A stretch of 47,826 nt of DNA from an uncultured Fibrobacterales bacterium (GCA_963934255.1 CAWVXU010000011.1:1-47826); one strand, 5' to 3'; shown: positions 17,837 to 27,452, counted from the first letter of the stretch. The notes: a model not told the origin generated them from the letters alone. Translations and numbers: made by a program.

Positions 17837-19651
17837 TTATTTTGGCACAAGCTCTATGCGACGATTTTGAGCTCTGCCACGTGCATTGCCGTTAGATGAT
17901 CTTGGGTTGTTGTAGCCTTCGCCTATAGCGATGAGCTGACTTGAAGCTACACCTTGAGACATGAGATAACTTCGAATAGCCTTGGCTTGTTTTCCACTCA
18001 TTGACAATGCTTTACCCATAGAAAGCTTATTGTCTGTATGTACATGAATTTCATAACTCAAACTTGGATTGTACCTTAGTTTCTGGGCTAATTTATCAAG
18101 ATTCTCGTAACTTTCAAAAGTCAAATCAGTCGTGCCAAGTTTAAAGCGAACCCCTTTTAAAACTTGGGACATAGCCACTTCAATCACTTTTGATTTTATT
18201 TCTTCAGGACAACCATCAGAATCTTGATATTTATTAAGGTTTTCTGCAATCAACGGACATTTATCTCGAGTATCTAAGATTCCATCATTGTCGTTATCTA
18301 AATCGGGACAACCGTCTTCATCTTTATATCCATCACGGTCCTCGGGATTAAAAGGGCACTGATCATTCACATCTAGAACCCCATCAACATCATTGTCTAT
18401 ATCAGGGCAGCCATCTGCATCCTCAAAGCCATCAATATCCTCAGCTTCATTGGGGCAAGTATCATTTTCATCACTTTTGTTGTCTTGATCATTGTCATAG
18501 TCGGGGCAGCCATCAGCGTCTTCAAAATCATCTTTATCTTCTGGTAGATTGGGACATTTATCATCCTTGTCAATAAGACCATCTTTGTCATTATCAATTT
18601 CTGGACAACCATCTGCATCTTCAAAGCCATCGCGATCTTCTGGCTCAAAACGACAAAGGTCAAACTCATCTGTGACCCCATCTTTATCTTGGTCTTGAGG
18701 AGTAATAAAGCCCGTCCAATGAATTGCAGTATTAGCAATCCAATTTCGTTCAGGGTGTACATTAAATTCAGTACCAACTTGAGAAATATTTTCAAAGCCA
18801 CCTTGTAAAATATCACGCGTAGCGCCGACACTTAAAGTCACACCTTTGCCTGTGGTGAAGAATATGTTGCCGCCAGCCACCATGTATTCACTCTCAAATT
18901 GAGCTGGTGTTCCAAATCTATTCTCACGACTTTTATGTAAAATATCTGTACTTAAAGACCAGTACTTGTTGATGTTAAGTTCAACGGCTGACCCCATAGC
19001 AATGACACCAGGGAAATCACCTACTGGAAAAGTATACCCACTATTGATGTGCCACTTTAATGGCCACGCTAAGCTTGTTACTTCGAAGTCCAAAGTAGTT
19101 GCAGCAGTCATTCCCACATAAATTTGTTTGCGCCCATAAGGACTTAGCTCATTGTCTTCTCTATAGTAACTGAGATCTCTGGGAACTAAACCGTCATCAT
19201 TAGAGGCTGTTCCACCATAGGCTTCAAGTAAAAATGCAAGAGCAAAAGCGCCCGGGACCTCAGCTTGGCTTAAACGAAATTTCATTTTAGCACGAAAGTC
19301 ACCTATCCCTGAAGCTGAAAATTGCTCATTTCTCATATAATCAAAATAAACGGGGACTCCCAAAATAGCTTCAAAATTATTGCCTAAACCAAGGCCAACT
19401 ATAGGAAACGAGCTAATAGAAACAAAGTCTTCAACTGGATACTCTATGTTTTGATATTTGAAAGTACCCTCTTGAAAAATATCGCTAGAGGATAAAACGC
19501 GATTATAGAGCCCGGCCCTCATTTGAAGATCCTTTAATGTGTGTGCCGAGTGAATTTCACCCACACCTTCAGAGCCGTGACTACCAATAGCCGCCCAAAG
19601 TACTGATATTCCAGAAAAAACAAAAAAAATGATAAAAATAAATGCTCTCAT
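17837..19651 (-). CDS. OmpA-family outer-membrane protein: N-terminal barrel-like domain, thrombospondin type-3 repeats and OmpA_C domain
   Basis: Signal peptide MRAFIFII.., five DxDxDG..D..D.CP..EDxDGxxDxDGCP repeats, and C-terminal HTD...NRRIE. Confidence 0.88.
   Translation of the reverse strand: MRAFIFIIFFVFSGISVLWAAIGSHGSEGVGEIHSAHTLKDLQMRAGLYNRVLSSSDIFQEGTFKYQNIEYPVEDFVSISSFPIVGLGLGNNFEAILGVPVYFDYMRNEQFSASGIGDFRAKMKFRLSQAEVPGAFALAFLLEAYGGTASNDDGLVPRDLSYYREDNELSPYGRKQIYVGMTAATTLDFEVTSLAWPLKWHINSGYTFPVGDFPGVIAMGSAVELNINKYWSLSTDILHKSRENRFGTPAQFESEYMVAGGNIFFTTGKGVTLSVGATRDILQGGFENISQVGTEFNVHPERNWIANTAIHWTGFITPQDQDKDGVTDEFDLCRFEPEDRDGFEDADGCPEIDNDKDGLIDKDDKCPNLPEDKDDFEDADGCPDYDNDQDNKSDENDTCPNEAEDIDGFEDADGCPDIDNDVDGVLDVNDQCPFNPEDRDGYKDEDGCPDLDNDNDGILDTRDKCPLIAENLNKYQDSDGCPEEIKSKVIEVAMSQVLKGVRFKLGTTDLTFESYENLDKLAQKLRYNPSLSYEIHVHTDNKLSMGKALSMSGKQAKAIRSYLMSQGVASSQLIAIGEGYNNPRSSNGNARGRAQNRRIELVPK
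18203..18697 (-). repeat. Five tandem 33-aa (99-bp) Ca-binding TSP3-like repeats
   Basis: Units QDQDKDG..DGCPE / IDNDKDG..DGCPD / YDNDQDN..DGCPD / IDNDVDG..DGCPD / LDNDNDG..DGCPE span 495 bp. Confidence 0.9.
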
Positions 19652-19658
19652 GCAGAAG

Positions 19659-19669
19659 AAATTAGCAAA
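19659..19669 (-). promoter_or_regulatory. Putative extended -10 promoter (TTTGcTAATTT) for a leaderless ompA-GT2 transcript
   Basis: Minus strand reads tttgcTAATTTcttctgcATG: 7-nt spacer, no SD. Confidence 0.45.
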
Positions 19670-19692
19670 TTTCAAAGCCCTAGGAGGTGATT

Positions 19693-20814
19693 ATGAACAC
19701 ATATACACTTGATAAAGTTTTTAAGCGGTTTTTAACGCTCTCATTGATATTCGGACTCTTGTATTTAATGAAAGAGTTAACCACTGTATTGTTGCCTTTT
19801 TTTATCGCTGCTTTACTCGCTTATTTACTCAATCCACTCGTCGAAAAAATTAATACCAAAGTCAAGCGACGTGGACTCTCAGTAGCAATTACACTCATAG
19901 GTTGTGTCATGGTTCTCGCCATTTGTTTTGGGATCTTAACTCCCTACCTTGTCAGTGAATTTCAAACCATGTTCAAGCTACTCATTTCATTTGTTCAGAG
20001 CCCTCAAAACATTGAGCGCCTCAACCAATTAATTGAATCTCCACTCTGGCAACACCTGATACAAGAATTAAGAGAATTCACTCAATCTGAATGGAAAGTT
20101 TGGATACAAGAGGGCAATAATTGGACTTGGATTCAAAAAGGCCTCCAAAAGCTAGTTCCAGGTGCATTTGGGGTGCTCTCCGGCGTAGGAATGTTACTCA
20201 GTGGAATCTTCGCCTTATTTATCATCTCACTCTACTTAGTTTTTATGCTAGGAGACTACACACAATTCAAAGAAGAGGGCGTTCAATTTATTCCTGAAAA
20301 TTGGCGTGAATCAGTACTAGGGTTTATTAGTGAATTTGATCTTGCCATGAATCAATATTTTCGTGCACAAGCCATGATAGCCCTACTAATAGGGGTCGCC
20401 TTTGCTCTAGGTTTCTCATTAATCGGGCTACCGATGGCTATATTTCTTGGGTTATTTATTGGTGTTCTTAATATGGTACCCTATATGCAGATCATTGGAA
20501 TCATACCCGCTGCTTTTCTTGGTCTCATACACACACTTGAAACCGGTGGCAGCATAGGTTGGGTGTTTATGTGGGTTGCACTTCTATTTATAGTCATTCA
20601 AATTATTCAAGATGCATTTTTAGTGCCTAAATTTATGGGTGAAATTACTGGCTTAAGTCCAGCGCTCATTTTACTCAGTATTTCTATTTGGGGTCAATTA
20701 CTTGGCTTTTTAGGCTTAATTATCGCAATTCCAATGACCTGTGTCGTTCTAGCATACTATAAGAGATACCAGAAAATACTTGTAATTAGCTCAGACACTA
20801 GAAACTCTGCCTAG
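19693..20814 (+). CDS. AI-2E family transporter (PerM/TqsA-like)
   Basis: LLPFFIAALLAYLLNPLV, YFRAQ, LNMVPY, LVPKFMG..GLSP, LGLIIAIP. Strong RBS AGGAGG at 19682-19687. Confidence 0.92.
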   Translation: MNTYTLDKVFKRFLTLSLIFGLLYLMKELTTVLLPFFIAALLAYLLNPLVEKINTKVKRRGLSVAITLIGCVMVLAICFGILTPYLVSEFQTMFKLLISFVQSPQNIERLNQLIESPLWQHLIQELREFTQSEWKVWIQEGNNWTWIQKGLQKLVPGAFGVLSGVGMLLSGIFALFIISLYLVFMLGDYTQFKEEGVQFIPENWRESVLGFISEFDLAMNQYFRAQAMIALLIGVAFALGFSLIGLPMAIFLGLFIGVLNMVPYMQIIGIIPAAFLGLIHTLETGGSIGWVFMWVALLFIVIQIIQDAFLVPKFMGEITGLSPALILLSISIWGQLLGFLGLIIAIPMTCVVLAYYKRYQKILVISSDTRNSA

Positions 20815-20851
20815 GGTTTATTAGTTTTCAGCTCAATCAAGGAGAAATTAT

Positions 20852-21337
20852 ATGAATCAATGTCATTGTGGTATAGAAAAAAGCTTTGCAGAATGTTGTC
20901 AGCCCCTTATTGAAGGCACTGCTCAAGCTGCTACACCAGAGGCGTTACTTCGTTCACGTTACTCTGCATTTGTAATACAAAATATCGAATATATCGTCAA
21001 AACAGTTCATCCTACTATGCTTCACGAGTTTGATGAAGCGGGTATTCGCGAATGGTCTATGAACTCAACCTGGCTTGGGCTTGAAATCCTTGATACCAAA
21101 GATGGTGGTCTTGAAGACGAGACTGGACTTGTTCATTTTGTAGCTAGCTATGAAAATGATGGCGAAAAGCTAGCACATAATGAAGTTGCAGAATTTCGTA
21201 AAAAAAATGACCTTTGGTACTTCTATGATGGCAAATTCGTCAATCAAGGCACAGTCAAAAATGAAGGGCCAAAAGTCGGCCGAAATGACCCTTGTCCATG
21301 TGGATCAGGCAAGAAATTTAAAAAGTGTTGTGCATAA
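20852..21337 (+). CDS. ychJ: YchJ family protein with C-terminal SEC-C zinc motif
   Basis: CHCG...[56 protein letters not shown]. Confidence 0.92.
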   Translation: MNQCHCGIEKSFAECCQPLIEGTAQAATPEALLRSRYSAFVIQNIEYIVKTVHPTMLHEFDEAGIREWSMNSTWLGLEILDTKDGGLEDETGLVHFVASYENDGEKLAHNEVAEFRKKNDLWYFYDGKFVNQGTVKNEGPKVGRNDPCPCGSGKKFKKCCA

Positions 21338-21366
21338 AACCCACTTCATTATCTTCAGTTAGATTT

Positions 21367-21400
21367 AGACTATTTCCTATAAGGAAGTAGTCTTTTTTTT
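21367..21400 (+). terminator. Rho-independent terminator after ychJ
   Basis: Stem AGACTATTTCCT / AGGAAGTAGTCT (one G-U pair), 3-nt loop, followed by a T-run. Confidence 0.85.
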
Positions 21401-21453
21401 ACTCTTTGCAATCATTTGTTGCATGCCACTCGGTGATTACCTATTTTCAGACT

Positions 21454-21888
21454 ATGCGCAAGTCCTATGTATTTCTCACTATACTCCTCTTAGTAACACA
21501 GCTAAGTGCTGACACCATGATTCTGACAATCAAACCCTTTTTTCAATTTAATGACGAGTTCGCCGATACTCATGGGTTTGAAGTGGGTTATTGGCCCCAC
21601 CATGCATTTTCACCAGCTCAAGTATTTTTTGGTTATGACTTAGGTCTATTGGGCAATAAAGGTGTCGCTGAGGTCTACGCAGATGTTCAACTTGGCGCTC
21701 GATTCATGGGTGTGGGAGCTGGTGTCTATTTGATCAATGAAGAAAGGCTTCATACAGGGTTGCAATTAAACGCATGGTTTAATGCGTTGTTAGGAATTAA
21801 TATCAAAGGTAGACTTAACTCTGCAGACCCGATGGGTAATAGTGTTGGCTTCTATTTTGCCATCCCACTTGTCATCAAAAACAAATAA
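21454..21888 (+). CDS. Hypothetical exported protein (possible small beta-barrel)
   Basis: Signal peptide MRKSYVFLTILLLVTQLSA, followed by Gly/aromatic alternating strands. Confidence 0.6.
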   Translation: MRKSYVFLTILLLVTQLSADTMILTIKPFFQFNDEFADTHGFEVGYWPHHAFSPAQVFFGYDLGLLGNKGVAEVYADVQLGARFMGVGAGVYLINEERLHTGLQLNAWFNALLGINIKGRLNSADPMGNSVGFYFAIPLVIKNK

Positions 21889-21911
21889 TAAATAAGTAAG
21901 TACTAAATTAC

Positions 21912-24905
21912 ATGAAAAAATATCTACTTGGCCTAGCTCTCATTTCTTTTATAAGTGCGACTGGAACATTTCTTTGGTTGAAAAACTCTAGTGGTTCATT
22001 TGAATATTTAATTCCATTGATTGAAAAGGCCCTCAACCCTAAAGGTTCTGACTATCAAACGACTATGCAAGATATAAAACTTGAATGGGATAAACTTTGG
22101 ACTTGGCCTAAGGTCAAAATCTATGATGTTAAAACTGTTCATCGTGATCTTGGTGAAGTTTTAAAAATCAAAGAGGTCAGTGTACAAATTGATCTGAGCG
22201 CAATGATACATCGAGAATTACAACTCAGATCTATTCACATTCAAGACGGTCTTCTCAATACTCAAAACATACCTCGTGACACAACAAACACAGAACCTTG
22301 GAGTAGAGCAAATTTAGCTTCACTTCTTAGCACCCAATACAATAACCTTGATAGTCTTATTGGAGTTTACCATGGATTGAAATATATCACTATAGAAAAC
22401 TTGAGAATGAAAATGAAAGATCCACAAAAAAATGACTGGGAAGTAGAAGTTAAAAGTGGGCGATTAGAATTAAATTTTAAAGACTATTTAAAAAAATTGA
22501 GCTGTGAATCACTCATAGAAATTGATCAACAAGAACAAGCTATTAATATTGAAGTCATCAAATCATCCGCTAATCAAGCACCTGAATGGCAAATTAAATC
22601 TTCGCAGATGCAAAGCAAATTAATCGACCATTTTATACCCCCAATAGATTCAGTGAATTATGAAGGTTATTTTGATGTTGATTTGAGTTGTAGTATTCAT
22701 GATACAACATTTCTTAATCCTGTAATGGAAATAAGAAGTTCAGATTTAACAGTCGAGCATCAAGTCTTTATGGATCAACCTTTGAAAATTAAAAACCTTA
22801 TTATTTCAACTAGGTGGAATGATCAATTTGTGGAAGCGCATATTGAAAATTCTGAACTTGAAGTTGATGGTCAAAACATATCATATCAGGGTAAAATTAA
22901 CCCACACAATTATGATGTTAACATCAATCTAAAACACCCAAATTTAACCTTGGCTTGGTTAAATAAAAACTGGTCTCCAAAATTAATTCCACCTGCACGT
23001 AAATGGATATTTACTCAAGTAGAAAAAGGCCAAGTATACGAATCACAAATATCAAGTTCAAGCAATCAACTCAGTGCGAACGCCAAATTCACTCAACTAT
23101 CAGTCAATCCTTGGAAATCCGTTCCTCTTGTCAAACAAGCCTATGGTAATATTTTTTGGTCGATGGATTCAAATGAAATTCACCAAATAAGCGTACAAGT
23201 TGATCAAGCTAGAATTTTAAAATCGAAACTAGAAAACATGCAGATTTCTCTAGATTTAATCAATCATCCCACCAAAAATATTCAACTAGGGTTAAACACC
23301 AAAATTTCAGGTACGTTGACTGATGCTCTTCATATTATTGATAAAGATATTCTAAGCACAAAATCTCTTCCAGCTCAAGTATTGTCAGGCCGGCATCAAA
23401 GTAATCTTTCGTTTAAATTAGACTTAGGAGATGAAGTATCATTAGATAAAATTGATCTTCATTTGAAAACCAATGCTCAATCCGCCAAGATCAAACTCAA
23501 TGATGACTACCCTATTCAATCCCTAAGTCTCCCAACATTTAATCTCACAGTTCTATCAACGAGACTTCAAGCTATCGGAAAGGGTTCAGCCGAAAATCAT
23601 TCTTTTCAATTTAATTACCAAATGAATATTAACAAAAAAAATAGTGAACGCTCCGTCCTTAAAATTAAAGCAAATACTCACACAAAGAAAATGGAAAAAT
23701 GGTTTAAGCAAGATATCTTGACTGGTCCAATAAAGATCAAAGCCGAGGTATCTCTTCCTCATAAAGATAGCGATGTGACTCGACTTAAACTCAACGCATC
23801 TCTTAATCAAGCTCAAATTGTATTGGGAGGAAAGCTACTCAAAGCTGCTAGCAATAAAAAAAGCACCCTTGAAATTAAAGTCACCAAAAGAAATGATAAT
23901 GTCACTCTTTCAGAATTTAACATTCTTGGTAAAGAACTCAAACTAACCGCTGTAGGAAATCTCAATCTCAAAAATCATTACTTTGATTTTAAAATTGACA
24001 AACTAAAATCTGGTGTGGCTCTGTTACTTCACAAAACAAACATCAAGAGAAAAAATAAACACATCTCCCTCAACGGAAATTTCTTGAATTTACATCGCTT
24101 TATGAGGCTCGACACCTTGTCACCTTCTGCAGGTTTAGTCGGCGCCGAACTCATTGATGAATCAGCCAAATCACATCTTCATAATCGCATTGAACTCAAC
24201 TTCAGTAAAATTCAAATGACTCCACAAGGTTATTTAAAAAATGTTAAGAGTAAAGCTGACTGGAATAAAGGCACATTAAAAAATCTGGCCATGATTGCTG
24301 AATTTGGTAAGCCAGGTCAAGGCAAAAAAGTCAATGCCAAATTCTTAAAACAAACGAAGTACCCCACAATTGAAATCAAGACCAATGACGCCGGTGGGTT
24401 TTTACGTGAATTTGAATACTATAATCACATGTATGGTGGTGGCCTTAAGGTTCAATTAAAAGCTCCCAAAGGCTTCTTAATTCCACGTTATCGAGCAGAA
24501 TTTCAAGTAAAAGATTTTAGAATAGCTGAAGCGCCTACTCTTTCTAAAATTGTAGCTATTGGAAGTTTTATAGGAATTGGAGATGCCTTTAATGGCAAAG
24601 GCACACGCTTTCATAGGGCAAAAGGTACTGCGGACCTACATTTAGGTAAAATAAAGGTCAATCCGACATATGCACAAGGCCCTTCAGTTTCTATATATAC
24701 TAGTGGCAACGTAGATACATATGCCAAAAGTCTTCAACTGCAAGGAAATGTTATACCATTTTCTTCCTTTAATGAAAGCCTGGGTCTCAAGTTCGTAGTT
24801 TCAGACCGGCCTTCTTTAAGAGAACCGAACATCGATGTTACAAAAGTATCGAAAGTTCATTCGAAAGTGAAGGCCGAATTGAAAGCTCTAGAAAGGCAAC
24901 AATAG
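21912..24905 (+). CDS. AsmA-like / YhdP-family envelope-spanning protein
   Basis: N-terminal TM anchor, long beta-rich body, WSPKLIPPARKWI..V..G, and a C-terminal APTLSKI..G..F...G..G.V.P AsmA_2-like end. Confidence 0.7.
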   Translation: MKKYLLGLALISFISATGTFLWLKNSSGSFEYLIPLIEKALNPKGSDYQTTMQDIKLEWDKLWTWPKVKIYDVKTVHRDLGEVLKIKEVSVQIDLSAMIHRELQLRSIHIQDGLLNTQNIPRDTTNTEPWSRANLASLLSTQYNNLDSLIGVYHGLKYITIENLRMKMKDPQKNDWEVEVKSGRLELNFKDYLKKLSCESLIEIDQQEQAINIEVIKSSANQAPEWQIKSSQMQSKLIDHFIPPIDSVNYEGYFDVDLSCSIHDTTFLNPVMEIRSSDLTVEHQVFMDQPLKIKNLIISTRWNDQFVEAHIENSELEVDGQNISYQGKINPHNYDVNINLKHPNLTLAWLNKNWSPKLIPPARKWIFTQVEKGQVYESQISSSSNQLSANAKFTQLSVNPWKSVPLVKQAYGNIFWSMDSNEIHQISVQVDQARILKSKLENMQISLDLINHPTKNIQLGLNTKISGTLTDALHIIDKDILSTKSLPAQVLSGRHQSNLSFKLDLGDEVSLDKIDLHLKTNAQSAKIKLNDDYPIQSLSLPTFNLTVLSTRLQAIGKGSAENHSFQFNYQMNINKKNSERSVLKIKANTHTKKMEKWFKQDILTGPIKIKAEVSLPHKDSDVTRLKLNASLNQAQIVLGGKLLKAASNKKSTLEIKVTKRNDNVTLSEFNILGKELKLTAVGNLNLKNHYFDFKIDKLKSGVALLLHKTNIKRKNKHISLNGNFLNLHRFMRLDTLSPSAGLVGAELIDESAKSHLHNRIELNFSKIQMTPQGYLKNVKSKADWNKGTLKNLAMIAEFGKPGQGKKVNAKFLKQTKYPTIEIKTNDAGGFLREFEYYNHMYGGGLKVQLKAPKGFLIPRYRAEFQVKDFRIAEAPTLSKIVAIGSFIGIGDAFNGKGTRFHRAKGTADLHLGKIKVNPTYAQGPSVSIYTSGNVDTYAKSLQLQGNVIPFSSFNESLGLKFVVSDRPSLREPNIDVTKVSKVHSKVKAELKALERQQ

Positions 24906-24908
24906 TCC

Positions 24909-26699
24909 ATGTCGGAAACAGAACAACTTGAATTTCATAGTTTAGATCTTAAACCTGAAATATTAAAAGCCCTTGACGAAAAGGGATACACCCACGCAAC
25001 ACCGATTCAAACAGAATCAATTCCCTATCTATTAGAGGGAAGAGATTTACTCGGTCAAGCACAAACAGGTACTGGCAAAACTGCTGCATTTGCATTACCT
25101 ATCCTAAACAAAATTACAAACGATAAAAGGACCCAAGTTCTTATCCTAGCTCCCACCCGTGAGCTTGCTGGCCAAGTCGCAGACGCCATTATGGTTTATA
25201 GCAAATTCATGCCGGGTATTGAGGTCCTTTCACTTTATGGTGGACAAGGATACAATGAACAACTTCGTGGTCTGAGAAAAGGCGCACAAATTTGTGTAGG
25301 CACTCCTGGTCGTGTCATGGATCACTTGAGACAAAAAACTTTAAAAATTGATGCTCTTGACACTCTTATTCTAGATGAGGCAGATGAAATGCTTCGCATG
25401 GGATTTGTTGATGATGTTGAGTGGATTCTTGAACATACTCCTAAAGATCGTCAGACAGTATTGTTCTCCGCCACAATGCCTACTAAAGTAAAGCACATGT
25501 CAACCAAATACATGAATAACCCTAAATACATTCATGTAAAAACAACTACTCAAACTGGTGGTAACATTAGACAGCGCGCATTGTTTACCAAAGCGAGTAT
25601 GAAGTTGGACGCACTTTGGCGTATATTAGAAACAGAAGAATATGACGCAGTCATGATCTTTTCTAAAACCAAAGCTGGGACACATGAAGTTGCTGACTTT
25701 TTAAATGGCAAAGGCATCAAAGCCGAAGCACTCAATGGTGACCTTCCTCAAGAAACTCGCGAACGCCTAGTTGATCGTCTCAAAAAAGGCTCACTTGATA
25801 TCATTGCTGCAACTGATGTAGCCGCTCGTGGACTGGATGTTCAACGCATCACTCATGTGGTGAACTTTGACCTACCTTCTGATGTTGAGTCTTATGTCCA
25901 TCGTATTGGTCGTACAGGCCGTGCTGGACGTTCAGGTGATGCACTATCACTTGCTACATTCAGACAAAAACGCTTCTTAGATGATGTTCGTCGTGAGACC
26001 AAAGCTAATATCGAAGAAATGGCAATTCCTGACCTTAGAAGTATTAACGCTGGTCGCGAAGCTCGTCTTGAAGAGTACGCTAAAAAAGTTCTTGAGAATT
26101 CTGATCTTGAAAAATACGAAGTCCTTGCTGAAAAAATCACTGAAGATTTAGCTATTGACCCAATTAGACTTCTTGCTGCATTTATCAAAATGACTCAAGG
26201 GGAAAAAGACCTTTGGATTACTCAAGCTGATGTTCAAGACCATGCTCGTGAAGAGTTTGGTGCACGCGCTGGCGATAAAGATCGTGGTGGCCGTGGCGAA
26301 CGCGGTGGTCGCGAACGTGGTGGTCGCGATAGAGATCGTAGCGAACGCGGCGGACGTGAGCGTGGCGGTCGTGATAGAGACCGTGGTGATCGTGGACCAA
26401 GAGAGTCACGTCCCGACAAAGAGATCCCTAAATCAGCTAAACCGTTAAAAAATGATTCTAGTATTGAAATGGAACGTTTCAGAATTGACCTTGGCTACCA
26501 AGACCAAGTTAAGCCTGGTCAAATTGTGGGTGCTATTGCTAATGAAGCTGACATCTCAAGTGACTTTATTGGACATATTGAGCTGAATGAAAACTACTCA
26601 ACAGTAGACCTTCCTTCTGGAATGCCTAAAGAGATCATGACTCATCTACACAAAGTAAAAGTAAATGGTAAAGCATTAAAAATTACCAAATTTATTTAA
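24909..26699 (+). CDS. deaD: DEAD-box RNA helicase DeaD/CsdA with DbpA-type RNA-binding C-terminal domain
   Basis: Q-motif, AQTGTGKTAAF, PTRELA, GTPGR, DEADEM, SAT, ARGLD, HRIGRTGRAG. C-terminal G..D.VKPGQIVGAIANEA. Confidence 0.95.
   Translation: MSETEQLEFHSLDLKPEILKALDEKGYTHATPIQTESIPYLLEGRDLLGQAQTGTGKTAAFALPILNKITNDKRTQVLILAPTRELAGQVADAIMVYSKFMPGIEVLSLYGGQGYNEQLRGLRKGAQICVGTPGRVMDHLRQKTLKIDALDTLILDEADEMLRMGFVDDVEWILEHTPKDRQTVLFSATMPTKVKHMSTKYMNNPKYIHVKTTTQTGGNIRQRALFTKASMKLDALWRILETEEYDAVMIFSKTKAGTHEVADFLNGKGIKAEALNGDLPQETRERLVDRLKKGSLDIIAATDVAARGLDVQRITHVVNFDLPSDVESYVHRIGRTGRAGRSGDALSLATFRQKRFLDDVRRETKANIEEMAIPDLRSINAGREARLEEYAKKVLENSDLEKYEVLAEKITEDLAIDPIRLLAAFIKMTQGEKDLWITQADVQDHAREEFGARAGDKDRGGRGERGGRERGGRDRDRSERGGRERGGRDRDRGDRGPRESRPDKEIPKSAKPLKNDSSIEMERFRIDLGYQDQVKPGQIVGAIANEADISSDFIGHIELNENYSTVDLPSGMPKEIMTHLHKVKVNGKALKITKFI
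26277..26398 (+). repeat. Low-complexity RGG/RD/RE repeat in the DeaD linker
   Basis: Encodes DRGGRGERGGRERGGRDRDRSERGGRERGGRDRDRGDRG. Confidence 0.85.
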
Positions 26700-26760
26700 T
26701 GTTAATTAAAAGTATCGGGTTATTTCAAAAGCTGCAAAGCTTCAAATAACTAGAAGCCTA

Positions 26761-26802
26761 AAACAAAAAACGCCGCCTTTTATAAGGTGGCGTTTTTTGT
26801 TT
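26761..26802. terminator. Bidirectional Rho-independent terminator between convergent deaD and the small membrane protein gene
   Basis: AAACAAAAAACGCCGCCTT-TTAT-AAGGTGGCGTTTTTTGTTT. Confidence 0.9.
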
Positions 26803-26820
26803 AACAAGCTGTGCTAAAAC

Positions 26821-27147
26821 TTATTTGCGATCTCTAGGGTCACCCAAATCATTGACGTCTTTGGTTCCATCCTTAAATTTTCCATCCTCAAAATTATCAT
26901 TACTTTTCAAACGATTCTTTTTGGCCAAATACAAGAACCCACCAATAAGAAGCATAGGGGCTCCGAAGAAAAGTGCTAACCTAGGAGATTTAGACATAAA
27001 AAATAATACCCAAAAGATAAGTAGGCCATTGCCGATACCAATTGAATGGTCATTGATCCATTCTTTAATAGGGTTGCCTTTGGGCAGGCGCCAATAGAAA
27101 TAAACAGCACAAACAAAGGCCAATAATATAATCTGAATAATACTCAT
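26821..27147 (-). CDS. Hypothetical small membrane protein (3 TM segments, charged tail)
   Basis: RBS AGGAG upstream, hydrophobic segments, terminator downstream. Confidence 0.75.
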   Translation of the reverse strand: MSIIQIILLAFVCAVYFYWRLPKGNPIKEWINDHSIGIGNGLLIFWVLFFMSKSPRLALFFGAPMLLIGGFLYLAKKNRLKSNDNFEDGKFKDGTKDVNDLGDPRDRK

Positions 27148-27204
27148 GAAAACTCCTAATGACGAATCAACCTAATTTAAAAAAGCTAATGCCATAACAC
27201 CAAC

Positions 27205-27249
27205 TAAAAAGAAATAAGCCCCCACCATTCAGTGAGAGCTTTTTTCTTG
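27205..27249 (-). terminator. Rho-independent terminator, minus strand
   Basis: The stem pairs fully only on the minus strand (two G-U wobbles) and is followed by ATTTCTTTTT. Confidence 0.7.
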
Positions 27250-27304
27250 TGAGAGAGAAATTGTGGGGAGAATATGAAATATTGTGAGAGTCTTTCAAAG
27301 TTCT
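27205..27304 (-). ncRNA. Candidate small RNA with four CUCYCAC-type motifs and an intrinsic terminator
   Basis: Minus strand carries CTCTCACAA, TCTCCCCACAA, TCTCTCTCACAA and CTCTCAC, a hairpin AAGCTCTCAC/GTGGGGGCTT and a U-rich tail. TAGATT -10-like box at 27311-27316. Confidence 0.45.
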
Positions 27305-27452
27305 AATATTAATCTACGCTCTTAATTCATTGAAAGAAAGTGAAAAGGCTATCGTGACACTTCTTTTACATTAGTGTGACAAAACCGCCTATATTGACTT
27401 AGTTTTAGTTTAAAAGGCCTGTATTTGGCCCTTATCTTCAGGAAAAAGTACC

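Noticed and set aside
18203..18831. Periodic ~99-bp repeats and the alternate-frame ORF 18397-18831 as a possible CRISPR array or overlapping gene
   Set aside because: The repeats are degenerate at third codon positions and encode TSP3 motifs. The second ORF is a frame shadow.
26218..26448. His-rich, Val-rich and Pro/Arg-rich ORFs over the deaD linker
   Set aside because: These are alternate-frame and antisense readings of the RGG/RD repeat, which is common in DeaD proteins.
26719..26750. Imperfect hairpin GTTATTT..AAATAAC after deaD
   Set aside because: Weak and AT-rich. The strong terminator at 26761-26802 explains the region.
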